From: Dicyema japonicum
Taxonomy: Eukaryota > Animalia > Dicyemida
Length of the DNA: 64,000 nucleotides
Direction of reading: 5' to 3'
NCBI GenBank assembly: GCA_011109175.1
Contig: RDEW01000017.1
Coordinates: 1,092,671 to 1,156,670, forward strand
Numbering within the stretch: position 1 is the stretch's first letter; every line of letters starts with the position of its first letter. Of the stretch, positions 20,530-32,081 are shown piece by piece. Position numbers and translations under genes: made by a program. A model generated the notes under the pieces. That model was not told the DNA's origin. It made no database searches and was given only the letters and a program-made list of their open reading frames with translations.

Positions 20530-20900
20530 TTGTGAGATTAGTTAGTTATTAACCCTGATCTCGCTATCTTGTAAGAGGCTGGCCGTTCTTAGGCGACCAG
20601 TAGCTAGTGATGAACGCTTCCACAGATCATTGATGTTCACCTTAGGTCCCGAACAGGAGAAAACTTTCTTGTAGAATCAATGATAAGAGCTCGGTCCGGT
20701 GATGGAAGCCATCTCTTATGTAGGAAGTGCCCAGGGCGTAGTTGGGTTAGGGTACTCCTTGTTTCTCTGTCTAAGGTAGTCTCCGATTCATCCACCAATT
20801 GGAGAGGGCCATCAAGAAGATCGTTTCAGACCAGACTTTGAATGGCCTTGAAAGAGATGTAGTCATTTATTGTCTTTGAATTGCTTTTATCGGGTGGCTG
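20530..20900 (-). mobile_element. Decayed 3' fragment of a non-LTR retrotransposon
   Basis: GC-richer than its flanks, with residual LINE C-terminal-like coding and a TAACTAACTAA 3' end. Confidence 0.4.
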
Positions 20901-21020
20901 AGAATTTAGGCCTAATTCCTCGAAACGATTTTATTGGAATTGAGTTTCTGTTTTACTTTAAAATTTCCTTAATAATGGAACATTTCATTCAAAAATTATA
21001 CTCAATTTTATAAGAAAATA

Positions 21021-22814
21021 TTAATCACTCCATTCATCATATGATTTACTATCATCTGAGGCAAGTTCATTATGGCGATGTTCAATTGCCTTTTTAAGAT
21101 TCTCAGCAAAGCCACCTTCCTTCGTACCATCTTTGGCATTTTCAGCAACCTTAAAATATAAAAGTTTTTTAACCTTTTTTAAAGCGATTCCTTTCCGAAT
21201 ACTGGAGAGGAGATTATTGATGGCTGGTGGAGGAGAATTGACTTGAAATTTATTTTCCTATAATATACTGTTTTCAGAAGGTTTAGAAGATGCTATTTTT
21301 GGGGTTGAGGAGGTAGTGGAGGAATCACTTCATTTGGCTCATCTAAAAAATTATAGATTTGACAAACCTGGTTCTAAAACACGCGTAGTAGGTGGAGGGA
21401 GTGGTGGAGGAACTAGTCTATTAACTTTTCGCTTTTTCTCTTTATTTGATAGCGTTTTGGTTACACAGGATTGTTTATCAGCAGTTGATTTACTCTGCTG
21501 TTGCTTCGATACCGTTTGAGTTTTATTTGATTGTTTATTAACAGTTGATTTATTTTGCTGCTTTATTGGTACTGTTTGGTTTCACTATCAACAATTGATT
21601 TATTTTGCTGTCCCTTTGTATCGTTTGGATTCACATGATTGCTTATTAACGGTTGATTCACTTTGCTGTCCCGTTTGTATCGTTTGGGTTCCACACGATT
21701 CCTTATTAACGGTTGATTTACTTTGCTGTCCCTTTGGTATCGTTTTGGCTTCACGTGGTTGCTTATTAACGGTTGATTCACTTTGCTGTCCCTTTGGTAT
21801 CGTTTTGGCTTCACATGGTTGCTTATTAACGGTTGATTTAATTTGCTGTCCCTTTGAATCGTTTTGGCTTCACATGGTTGCTTATTAACGGTTGATTTAT
21901 TTTTTTGTTTACTTGAATTGAGAACTTTCGAAGTGAATAGTTGAATATTCGGTGGAGGCGGTCTATTTTCAAATTTGAGTTTGGATTTGATTTCTACCAA
22001 TAAATATAACTCATAAATTATGTTAAAGAAAAATTTTTAAACTTTTTTGATCCAAGTGTCCAGGACATTTAGTTTTCTTGTTCAAAGGTTTATTTCTGAC
22101 GTTTGTCTCTATAAAATCATAAACTGAATTCAAATTAGCAGGATCGTTTATTGGTTTGATCACAGGATTCCTGAGTTGTTCAACTAAACGAGTTTCAACG
22201 TTTTCTCTTTTGTTCTTAAATGTTTTGGATGTTGTGTAAAATTTCTGTTTTTTAATTGACTCAGTGATTGGTCTCCCAGGATTGACTGAATGGAGTTTAT
22301 TAACTTTGTTATAAATTCATGTTTACCGCATAGTTTTATCCGTTTTTCCATAATTTGGTTAAAAAATTCGCTTCCATTTTGTGCATAAAGTTTAGACCGT
22401 AGATAAAATTCTAATCGTCATTTAAAAGGTCACATTGGTTTCGAATGTGTAAAAGGTAGGTTTTGGTGTTGTGTAGTTGAAATTCCTACCCAAAGTTTCA
22501 CGGATCAAAATACGATTCTGGAATATTAAAAACGTGATGCCTGTGCGATGGAAAGTAAGTAAATTGAATAACAGCGATTTCTGTGGTCTTTGATAACCGA
22601 GGCAATTCCATTATCGTCGAATTTCCATTTGTCAAAATTTGGCTCACAGGCTTTGAAGATTTGACTATTCCAGCACATAAAGACTAAACGTTGACAAAAA
22701 TAAGACTTGTCGCCCATTTCCAATAATTTTCATTAAACTTAGGTTGTCCTTTTCCGTAACGAACGAGGACCCATAGTTTACAAGTTTGTTTCGCCTATAA
22801 ATAGGAGGATTCAT
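21021..22814 (-). CDS. WASP: WASP-family actin nucleation-promoting factor (WH1, Pro-rich, WH2, C-A)
   Basis: WH1 (SSFVTEKDNLSLMKIIG..WKFDDNGIASVIKDHRNRCYSIYL..YTTPKPTFYTF..GLNF), VYDFIE, poly-Pro tracts, WH2 (NLLSSIRKGIALKKV) and acidic tail ..DDSKSYDEWSD*. Not captured intact by the ORF track. Confidence 0.88.
21470..21900. repeat. 60-bp tandem repeat (about 7 copies, 5 well conserved) in the WASP coding region
   Basis: Unit ~CTTTGCTGTCCCTTTGGTATCGTTTTGGCTTCACATGGTTGCTTATTAACGGTTGATTTA recurs in register on consecutive 60-nt lines. Confidence 0.95.
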
Positions 22815-22999
22815 TATAGATCGACTTAACGGAATAATATATTAAATAAACGATAAAGTTGCCAAAACATACAATTGCCTATATTTACCATTTTTAACAT
22901 TTCGAATTAATTTCTTAATTTGCTCAAAACATTATTTGTCGGAAACTAAATGAATAACACCATAGAAGTGGCAATATGTAAAAAACTGGTTCCCTTTTA

Positions 23000-23310
23000 G
23001 GAGAAAGTGAGGATGTTATATACAAAAGGGACTATGCATTAATTAAAGAAGTCATCGCTTAAGCGAAAAGGGATCAGTATCAAACTTAGAATATTTCTAT
23101 ACAATTCGCTATACAACGCTGAGACCTGGGCTACCTCAAAAGAGGAAGTGAAGAGACTGGAATCTTTCCAAGAAATCACCTGAGAAAAATAACAAAAATG
23201 GGCTGGTCGACCAGGATCTTATGGAAAGGAATCCAAAATAAATGCGGGTATGAGCCAATAAGCCTGGAGATAACAAAATCCCACTGGAGACTATTTGGGG
23301 ACATTCAGTC
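23000..23310 (+). mobile_element. RTE-X-like LINE fragment
   Basis: KLRIFLYNSLYNAETWA..LESF..WRLFGDI remnants. Confidence 0.65.
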
Positions 23311-23399
23311 TTTAACCTATAATCACGTGGGTAGACTTTAAAAGTACATAGGATACATCAAGTAACCAATCTGACAATACCGAACAAAATAATAAACCA

Positions 23400-23880
23400 T
23401 TATGAATGCATCAATCACATCCCTCCGAAAATTTGAAAGCCCTCCTCTCTTTGTATACCAAAACGTTCTTTAACAAGATTTTTATATTTTCAGAGATTTA
23501 AAATCTATCAGAAATCAAGTCTACCTACTCTTGCGAGCCAAATGGAAAACCGATAATCATTATTAAGAACTTGGGACCCTTCGTTTTCATGGCTTTAACA
23601 CAGATATCTAACTTTTTCCTCAATCGGAATTCATTTTCATCCATCTGAAGTTATCGTATGTTTAATCCTGAAGCTTGGATGAAACTCTTTAAAAGTTTTC
23701 GTCCTCTTTGGTAAACCCTACCCCCTTCAAGACCACAGTAAAGAGAAGCGCCTGGTTTATCTCACGTGAACGCCTACTACCAGTGTGATCTAACAATGAG
23801 TGCATCGGATCATGTGAAGATCACTGAGCGAAGATGAGGTCATTGCTGAGAGTAGCAGGATCATCTAATAGTAGCGTTTT
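23400..23880 (-). mobile_element. Decayed LINE 3' fragment
   Basis: Resembles the 7100-7400 region (AAACCC/TACCCCTTCAA..; TTCATGGCTTT..). Confidence 0.45.
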
Positions 23881-24011
23881 TTACAACCTTATTTTATCGT
23901 TATTCTTAAAAATTAAACTAAATTTTTATTCAAAGACCACCATTAAACCGAAAGACAAACAAAGAGACCCTGACAAGTTTGGCGCGATGCTCCTCCCTTG
24001 ATTCTATAAAA

Positions 24012-24775
24012 CAGTGGTTTCCAACCTTTTTGAGAGCACAGAACCCTATCGACATTTTACATTTTATACGGAACCCTTATATAGTTTTTAACAATTATCA
24101 GTATTTTACTAATATAAAAAATAAAATGTCAGTTAGTAAGATGGTTGAGGCTGATGTTTGTTCGCTGAACCAAAGTGGTTTCAATGTCATCAGAGATATC
24201 CTTGATGCGTCTGCTCACAGAATTATTAGAAATAGGAATTAAGTCAAAAACAGCGGCAGAAACTTCTCTGAACATTATCTTCACTACTTCTTTGCATGCA
24301 GGCAAAATAACAGTTTCGGCGAGAGTATGCGATTTCATATTTGTAGCGGCAATCTCAGCAACAGCATAACTGACATGCAGTGCTTTTTCGTTTATTTTGA
24401 ATTTTTTGTAAAACGGGATGCTTGAACTTTATTCTGGTCCAATTTTGGGATAAAATTTTCTTTTTTTCTTTGAAAGTTCAGGTGCTTGGTGTAGAAATAA
24501 CGTCTAAGTGTCGTTGGAGCCATAGCACTATTCCCAAGTTTTTCAGCGCAAACAATACAAAATGGTACAGGGCAATCCATATTCCCAGTCCACGTGAAAC
24601 CAACTTTCTCGATACGATCGAACTTTAAGATATGCACTGTCACAAGACTCCATTTAGACACGCGCAAATTAAATTACTTTGAAAAAAGAATTAAAAAAAA
24701 TTTGGAACTTCGCGGAACCCCTAGATTATTTCACGGACCCCTTAGGTTCCGCGGAACTCAGGTTGGGAACTTCTG
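24012..24775 (-). mobile_element. Internally deleted hAT (Buster/Charlie-type) DNA transposon
   Basis: TIRs CAGTGGTTTCCAACCT / AGGTTGGGAACTTCTG; 8-bp TSD CTATAAAA (24004-24011) and CTATAGAA (24776-24783); BED finger (PFCIVCAEKLGNSAMAP..TKH) and KSHTLAETVILPAC..ISNNSVSRRI. Confidence 0.92.
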
Positions 24776-25099
24776 CTATAGAAGGTGTTGGGGTCGGGTC
24801 GGGTTATCTCTTGACCACGTTATATCAGTCTCCTCCGTTGTTCCATTTTAATTTTATATTTACTTTTTAACTAAATACGTGTAAACATTGAAACATAGTT
24901 TTAATTACTTTATCCAAAGTGGTACCCGCCGACATTACCGACGTTGCGTTGCCTCTCACGATTACAACAGAGATCAACTGAAGAAGCCACTGGGTCTCAC
25001 GTGCTTTTTAACTAAAAATACCATATATTGATTCTGTAGAATGTGTAAAAGGAAGTCACCAATCAACCTTATATGTGTTTAGAGTGGTGCCTTGTGGCT

Positions 25100-26430
25100 C
25101 ACCTGTCACCCATTCCGGAAAGGAACGAAGAGCCATCAACTTCTCCATACCATTTGGTCGTTCCCTTAATCTGCCTCTGACTTGGTTGGTGTTGTCATTT
25201 TTCTGGACTATTGATTCTCACATGTGGTCACATTGAAACAAACCCTGGTCCACGTGGAGACAATAATTTTGCATTAAATGAAAATGGAATTGGAAGAAAT
25301 TCTGGGACTTCGAGGTTTTCTCTAAAAATCGAGCAGATCTCGTTCTTCCTCGATCTGAATTTTTGGTTTCGTCTTGAAGATCCGCCGCTACTCATTAAAA
25401 TCTCGATTTATTGGCGATGGATTAAATACTACCCACCACACATGCGTACCACAAAGATCTCCATTGACATATTTCGACACAGTTCCGAGGAAACTTCTCA
25501 TTCTGAAGATTTTTGTTTCAAAAGTTCATTCAAACCTAAAGCTGTGGTTGGCTAACTTTGGGAGAGTCATCGTTGGTCACCTCAAAGTTACGATTACTAA
25601 CAAATGAAGTACCCCAGGTTTCTTTGCTTTCTCCAACTCTGACGGGGAAAAGGCTCCTCTTTATTATCCTACGCAAATGATTTAATGGTTACAACACGCA
25701 ATTGTTGGACGCAAGTTGCAACCTCTAATGCCCAGTCGAAATGAATATTGTCTACGATTGGTTAATTGGCAACTGCTTCAAGATTTCTGCAGAAAAATCA
25801 ACATGTACTTTATTCACCTCAGACCGTCGTTCCAAAGAAGATCCGAGAATTTTCATTGGGCCTGTTCAGTTATCAGTAACAAGATCTCCTTCAATTCTTC
25901 GAATAACGTATAACTCCCATGCGAAGTAAAAGCCTCTAGAAGTTTTACGTTGTATGTGCACTTGTCCGGAGGACCCTTTGAATTTGGAAGTTCTGCTGCA
26001 ACACTCTACCGGAAAACGATTTGGATATGCCTCTGCTGTGTGGAGATTAGCGTTATCGGAGACTACATTCTACAGACTCAATTCGATATACCAGAAAACT
26101 ATTTATATGATGGGCCCTCATATTAGATCAACAGTCAATCCCTACTCACAGAAGAAACGACCAGTAATCGCGGATTACTTTGGGTATGTGTGGAGGATGA
26201 AAACCCGCTTCGTCTGCCCATTTCCATGACAAAAGAAAACCGATTGATTAAAAAGTTCTCCTCTCCAATCTAATTCCTCTGCAGGAATGAGAGAGGGCTC
26301 TTTTTTATGTTAGTGGGAACAATGGAAGACCACAGTCGTTGGATGGCTCGGTCGATTACGGGAAATGGGATTACCTAACTGTCTGAAGTTTTTTTTCTCT
26401 CTCAGTGATCCCGTGGTTCTAAATAAAAAT
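25100..26430 (+). mobile_element. Decayed, internally deleted Jockey/I-like LINE with an N-terminal 2A-like peptide
   Basis: LILTCGHIETNPGP, then FDTVPRKLLILKIF..LKLWLANF, SYANDL and ISAEKSTCTLF, homologous to the 10160-11116 RT. Confidence 0.8.
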
Positions 26431-26895
26431 AAATTGATTTTGTTGCAGGAAAGTGGCGGCCTTGAAGGGACCAGGGGTGAATAAATAAAATATTGATATA
26501 TTTTTTCTCACAAAACGAGTAATCTATAGGTTAATTGATCGAGGTTGTGACGTATCTCTGATGCACTATGGCATGACTCTAGTGCAATAAATGCCTTCAT
26601 TTTATTAAGATCGACTAATATTTATAATAAACCTGCAAATCATTAAATTCAATTATCGATGCAATGTCTGTTTAATATATTTCAGAATAATCAAATTGAT
26701 AATTTGTAATGTTAATAAAAGATTAAAGACATGTTAGAACCACCATTAACAAATTGTACGGTTATTTGCAAATAAACTCAAAATTTTATCACAATGCAGA
26801 ATGACATTAGAAATTTTAATAAAATAGTATTTTATAAAAATAATAATAAAACTTTTAAAAATGTATTTAAATATTACAGAAGTCTTCTTGTGGTA

Positions 26896-27550
26896 ATGCC
26901 ATCTCACAGATTATTAAAAGAATTAAGTGATCTAGAAAAAAATAAAGTATGCATAAAATTAAATTCTAGGTTGATGGAATAAAACTAGAAGTTGTAGATG
27001 ACAAACTTAATGTCCTTCAGGGATATATTCTCGGATCTCCAGATTCACCGTTCGCTGGAGGGGTCTATAAAATTGAAATTATAATTCCCGAAAACTACCC
27101 ATTTTATCCTCCAAAAGTATTCTAGTCTACTTACTCTCAGATGCGATTTATTACACGTGTTTGGCATCCGAATATAAGCTCAAAAACTGGGTTTATATGT
27201 CTCGACATTCTCGACAAGAAATGGGCTGCTGCTTTGACACTGAGAGTTCTTCTGATGTCTATTCAAGTGATGTTGTGTGAGCCGAACCCAAACGATCCCC
27301 AAGATGCTGTGGTTGCCAAACAGCTTAACAGAGACTATGAAATGTACGCCAAAACCGCTCAGTATTGGACTTACTACTACGCCAATGGTACTTTTTGTTG
27401 ATAAAATGATAAGGGTCTAACTACGACGAGGAATTGGCTGTAAAACAGAAAAATATGATCGACATGGGATTTGATCCTGAAAACTCCCTTCACGCGTTAT
27501 CGTCGATTGACTGGGACGTACAGAAGGCTACTGAATATTTACTTCGTTGA
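26896..27550 (+). CDS. UBE2K: Ubiquitin-conjugating enzyme E2 K (UBC plus C-terminal UBA)
   Basis: [47 protein letters not shown] and UBA (DMGFD..DWDVQKATEYL); three introns of 23-26 nt. Confidence 0.95.
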
Positions 27551-27779
27551 TTTGTAATTTCGATAACTCAGTTGGAATATTTAGTTTGTTAAATTTGTGT
27601 TAAACATGATTTGATTTATTGATTTAAGTAACTCAATATACTTTACTTGCTTGGCAACAGTCACCCAACAATGCTTGTGGTTTTAAATTTTTAGTTATTT
27701 TCTAATTTTTACGATAAGATTATTCGTTTTTTAACAACATATTTTCCGTATTAAAAAATAAGGTTATGGTTGAGTGTCG

Positions 27780-28980
27780 ACACTTCTCTGTACTCTGTCT
27801 ATTCTACCCTCTAATAGTGTAATCTGACTTTACAATTTGAATATCCACATGGGAAACCTTCAATACATTAACTTCCATAGTCCCTTGGTCAAGACTTCTT
27901 CAGCTTGATGGGAAGGTCATTAGAGAGTCGTTAGTAACTCCGAAAATCTTCTTTAAACCATTCGACAACAGGCGATATTGAATTATGGTTGCCATACCGT
28001 ACTCTACCAAGGGGAATTTCTCAGCCACAGTTTTATATTAATATAAGTCTTTTTCGTCAGCCGAGGCCTCGAGATAGAGTCGAATGCCTCCAAAATGCGT
28101 CGTCGTTGGGCGACCTGTCTGAAGCCATGTTGGAAGGAAAGTAACGAAAGATCCGGGAAAATTATCTTAGAACAAGATTTTTCAACACTTTGGACGTTGT
28201 GCATGTAAGAGAGACCAGGCGGTACGAAGAGGGTCACCTTTTGGCTTTCAGAATAGGTGGGATCAAGGAATTCTTCCAGATATTGAGAGAATGTTTGTGT
28301 TGATAGAATAATTGTGCAGCCTTGGCTCGCGGTCCAAGATGTTTAAGGTAGTCTGGTGGCGACGTAGTGCTTTATTAGTCTATTCACGTGATTGTAAGTT
28401 GACTATGGGGACTGTGAGATTCCCCGCTGCTATTCTCGTTGATAAAACGGTTGGTACTTCTTTGCGTTTTACAAAAAGGTGGCATCCGAATTTTTATGGC
28501 ATAGTTGTCCAACGTCTCCACCAGTGCCTGTGGTTACTCGAATTAGTAGCGATATTCTGGAATTGAGTGAACGTAGATAAATCTGGGTAGGTAGGACTCC
28601 ATTCTTCGGATTGGGGTTCTGGAATGAACATCCGGATTGTTGAGAATAACCATGGTCTAGAGAGCAAGCATGTCAAACTAAAAAGGCTCCGCTGAAAGAG
28701 ACCGTATGCTCTGAAGTCAACTGACTTTTCATTATTCCGTAATCTCTGATTACTCAACTTGTTAATGCAAGAGGGCCTAAGGTCTTTCTATACATCATCT
28801 AAAAATCTAGGACCGAATGAACTTTATGCTTACCCGATTAATCGAACACTCAATTTATCACGGATCAGTACCTATGCTCTGATAGAAATCCACAATCATT
28901 CCTATTTTGATGCCTAACCTCCACCCTTGTGATCCTTCTTATCCGCCCCCGTCCTATTTCCCTTTTGTTTGTCTCGAAGA
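27780..28980 (-). mobile_element. Decayed non-LTR retrotransposon fragment(s)
   Basis: FQHGFR..EAFDSISR..IKLWLRN RT motifs. Confidence 0.65.
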
Positions 28981-28995
28981 TTGCTGAGAGTTCTA

Positions 28996-29270
28996 CAATT
29001 AAATAAAATTAAAATTATTCCAAAGACCAAGGGTAACCAAACTAACTAACTATTTGATCCTGACTCGCTCCAGCGTTCCAGAACTTATCTCCAGTTAATA
29101 AATTAAATTAAATCTCCAGGTAACGACATTATCCCCCGGGAAAAAATAGTGGATCCTCTTGATACGAGCCAGGCATTGGGCGTTTTCCTAGTAAGGTGTA
29201 TCTAATGACGCCATCAAAGGGGAGAAAATAATTTTTGACAAACTAGCCACATAGCACCACATGGCGCCAC
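28996..29270 (-). mobile_element. SINE-like family 2, copy A
   Basis: Colinear with 41003-41254 (AAGACCAAGGGTA, GCCAGGCATTGGGCGT, CCTAGTAAGGTG, GGCGCCAC); non-coding; AT-rich tail. Confidence 0.75.
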
Positions 29271-29671
29271 ATAGTGAAACAGTTATATTATTTTAATTGT
29301 TTCCGAATGCCAACATGGCTTTCGTGCTTATCATTAGAATACAACCCATATATACTGAATCAATTTATTCCCGATTGAAAATAATGATTGTTATGTTCAT
29401 ATCAACAAAGCTTCCCGTCTGTTTAATTATGGTTACTCACTTTCCTCTCTGGTCGCCTTAAGCTACTTATCAATACCCATCAAACGACGTTCCTCAAGGT
29501 TAGGCCTTGTTTAATCTTCAACTAGCGACCTTACCAACAAACCAGGATACAATTCTTCATCCTTATGGCGATATCATAAATCCCTCTCGCTGTCGCGACG
29601 TAACCGTCGAAACTATGATACTGTTAGAACATATTGACAAACTTATTATTGGATGGACCAAATACATATGA

Positions 29672-30217
29672 CTGAGTACTTTAGTGAGATATTAGGTAAT
29701 AGTTTAATATATGATGTAGTTATCTGCAAAAATAATAAAATATAATGTTATCAAAATATGGAGGATATTCAAATTACTATTTTGTGATATTTTTGTTACT
29801 AGTTTTTGTCCTTTTTTTAAATATAATTTTAAAATTACACAGGTTTAAAACATAAGCGGGAAATTTCTTCGTTTTCTCATGAAGCTGCATGTCTCGCCAC
29901 AATAACGAGGTTGTCAGTAGAGACGAAAGGATAGAGTTTGGAGAATTCGAGTGGGAAGGTCGTAAGGAACATATTGAAAGATGCTGAAGATAATGGAGAT
30001 CCTCGTGGGACTCCGTTTGAGAGGTATCGTGATTTTTGACTTTTGATTATTTAACATCACTTTTTCTATGAGGATACGGTTTATGTGCTATAATCTGTCG
30101 CAGTCCAATGGTCCGCTTGGTTGATTCTATTAAGTTTTAAATTCATTAATTATTTCTTATTGAACCTTCAAATTTGACTCTTCAATCTAGTCATTTCCTC
30201 TAAAAGTATTGTCTTCA
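29672..30217 (+). repeat. About 545-bp local duplication of the REC8 3' end and downstream DNA (source 33575-34118)
   Basis: Near-identical sequence including the last REC8 intron and an RT fragment. The copy has a CAA>TAA nonsense change. Confidence 0.93.
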
Positions 30218-30313
30218 TCCCTCCTAACGAGCAGTCACCAATAACGCTTTTCACCACAGACCGTCGTCATTCAACTTGGAACCAACTTTATTTATAAACA
30301 ATGCTTTCCTGCA

Positions 30314-31220
30314 TTATTATTATTTAAGCACTTCACGAGAGCCATACTACATAGCCCTGCATGTGCAGCAAAAGAAACAATATTCGATGTCATCCTTTTT
30401 CATGCTCCCCTGTTCCTTGCCAAGGCTATCATAGTGTCAAGGTCGTCGGCGATTTTTAAATTTCTTTTAATATTAACCAGGTCTTTTTGTAAAACTATTG
30501 GCAGTGTTGTTCTAGGTCTTCCACGATAGCGCCTTCTTAACTAACGTAGTATGTTTCCATAGATATGTTCGGTGGGGATGTTAATTCCATCTTCAGCACG
30601 TGTCTGAAGAGCTTCCATCGGGATTCCAGTACTTCTAGACTGATAGGTCTAGTGCTGCATTTCTTATATAAAGAATTTCTCGATATTCTTGTAGGCTAAG
30701 TAGTTCCTGTTATTTTTCTCAGCTGACCTCAGTGGAACGAGTCTAGTCTTTCCATATCGCTGATGAGGTCGCCCAAGTTCCACGTTATATAAAAGTACGG
30801 GTTTTATGAATGAGTCGTATAATAGGATTCTCATTTTCGTGTTGATGCCCCTTTGATTGAGCCATAGATTCTTCAGTCTATATAACGCAGCATTGGCTAG
30901 AGTTTTTCTACGTAGGATATCTTCCATAAGTGAGAACCGAGTTTCTTTACTTATCGCCACTTCTCTTCTAGGGCGATGCTCATCCTTCTTATCTCTGTGA
31001 GTTCTGTTTTCTCTCTGTTCACAGTAAGAAACCATTTCCCTAGTACATCTGGTGCTTTTTCTAATAGGTGTTCCAGGACCTCTGTTTTCAGAAATTAGGT
31101 CTACATCGTCCGCGTAGATCACTTCTTCCGTCTTTCCTTAGTATAACGGTCTAAGTTCCCTCATAGCGGCTTCCAAATAAATTGTGAATAGTAGGGGAGA
31201 AAGGAGTCTCCTTCATGTGG
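30314..31220 (-). mobile_element. 5'-truncated RTE-X-like LINE
   Basis: LSPLLFTIYLE, IYADDVDL, IKPVLLYN and RGRPRTTLP; conserved 3' end ..TATGGCTCTCGTGAAGTGC plus (TAA)n. Confidence 0.88.
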
Positions 31221-32081
31221 TTAAAAACCCAAAAATTCTTTGTGTGATATTTGATATTTCCTTATCATTTTCAAGACATGTCCACATGTATCTCAAAAGC
31301 TAAACTTATTCCGAGCCGATGATGTACGTCATCTGCCCAGAGTAAAGATAGCTTGAAGATTATCTACAACTTTATTTGAACGAATCTCGCTCGCCATCCT
31401 GAGAGGGAATATCCACGCAGTCAAGGAGGCCGCTATATACCATTTGTTCACTTTTTTGCCATTAATAAATATTTGATTCATCAGAACAACGGCGAACTGT
31501 GCTGTTTCTGCCTGGCATCTTGTTTATTAATAGCAAACGTCGAAAAATGATTCAAAACTCTGATCTAAGAATAATTACCGACTGTCTAAAAACCACACAA
31601 CTGACCACCTACACTGGGAATCAAACATTCTCCCAATCAGGGACCATTTCGTGATCCTCCGTCTACAATTCCTCGAGTGAAGGAAGAATCTGCCAATTAG
31701 CGTTTGGTATTTTCTTCATCTACACTGAAGCCGATCCTGTGTCTTCGGAGATCTCAGAAGGACGGTGCTTTTGAAATATCCGTACATATGGAGTCAGACT
31801 GTTCCCTTTATTCTATTGTATCGCAGTAAGTCAATTTTGTCTCATCGGACGCTACCAGAATCCGACAGGTGAATTTGGTTCTGTGCAGAACTCGGAGGCG
31901 GACCCCGACAATAGAAGAGGACCGTATTCTAGTCGTCTTGGTCTCTTAACATTTACTATTATTATTTTTATGTAATATTGAATGATTTTCTCATAAAATA
32001 TTAATTCTAATAAAAATATAATTTTATTTATATTTTCTGGATAACCTAAAAAGCAAATAAAATTTAAAACTAAAAATTCAA

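Noticed and set aside
21470-21900. CRISPR-like array
   Set aside because: Contiguous tandem units with no unique spacers, inside a eukaryotic coding exon.
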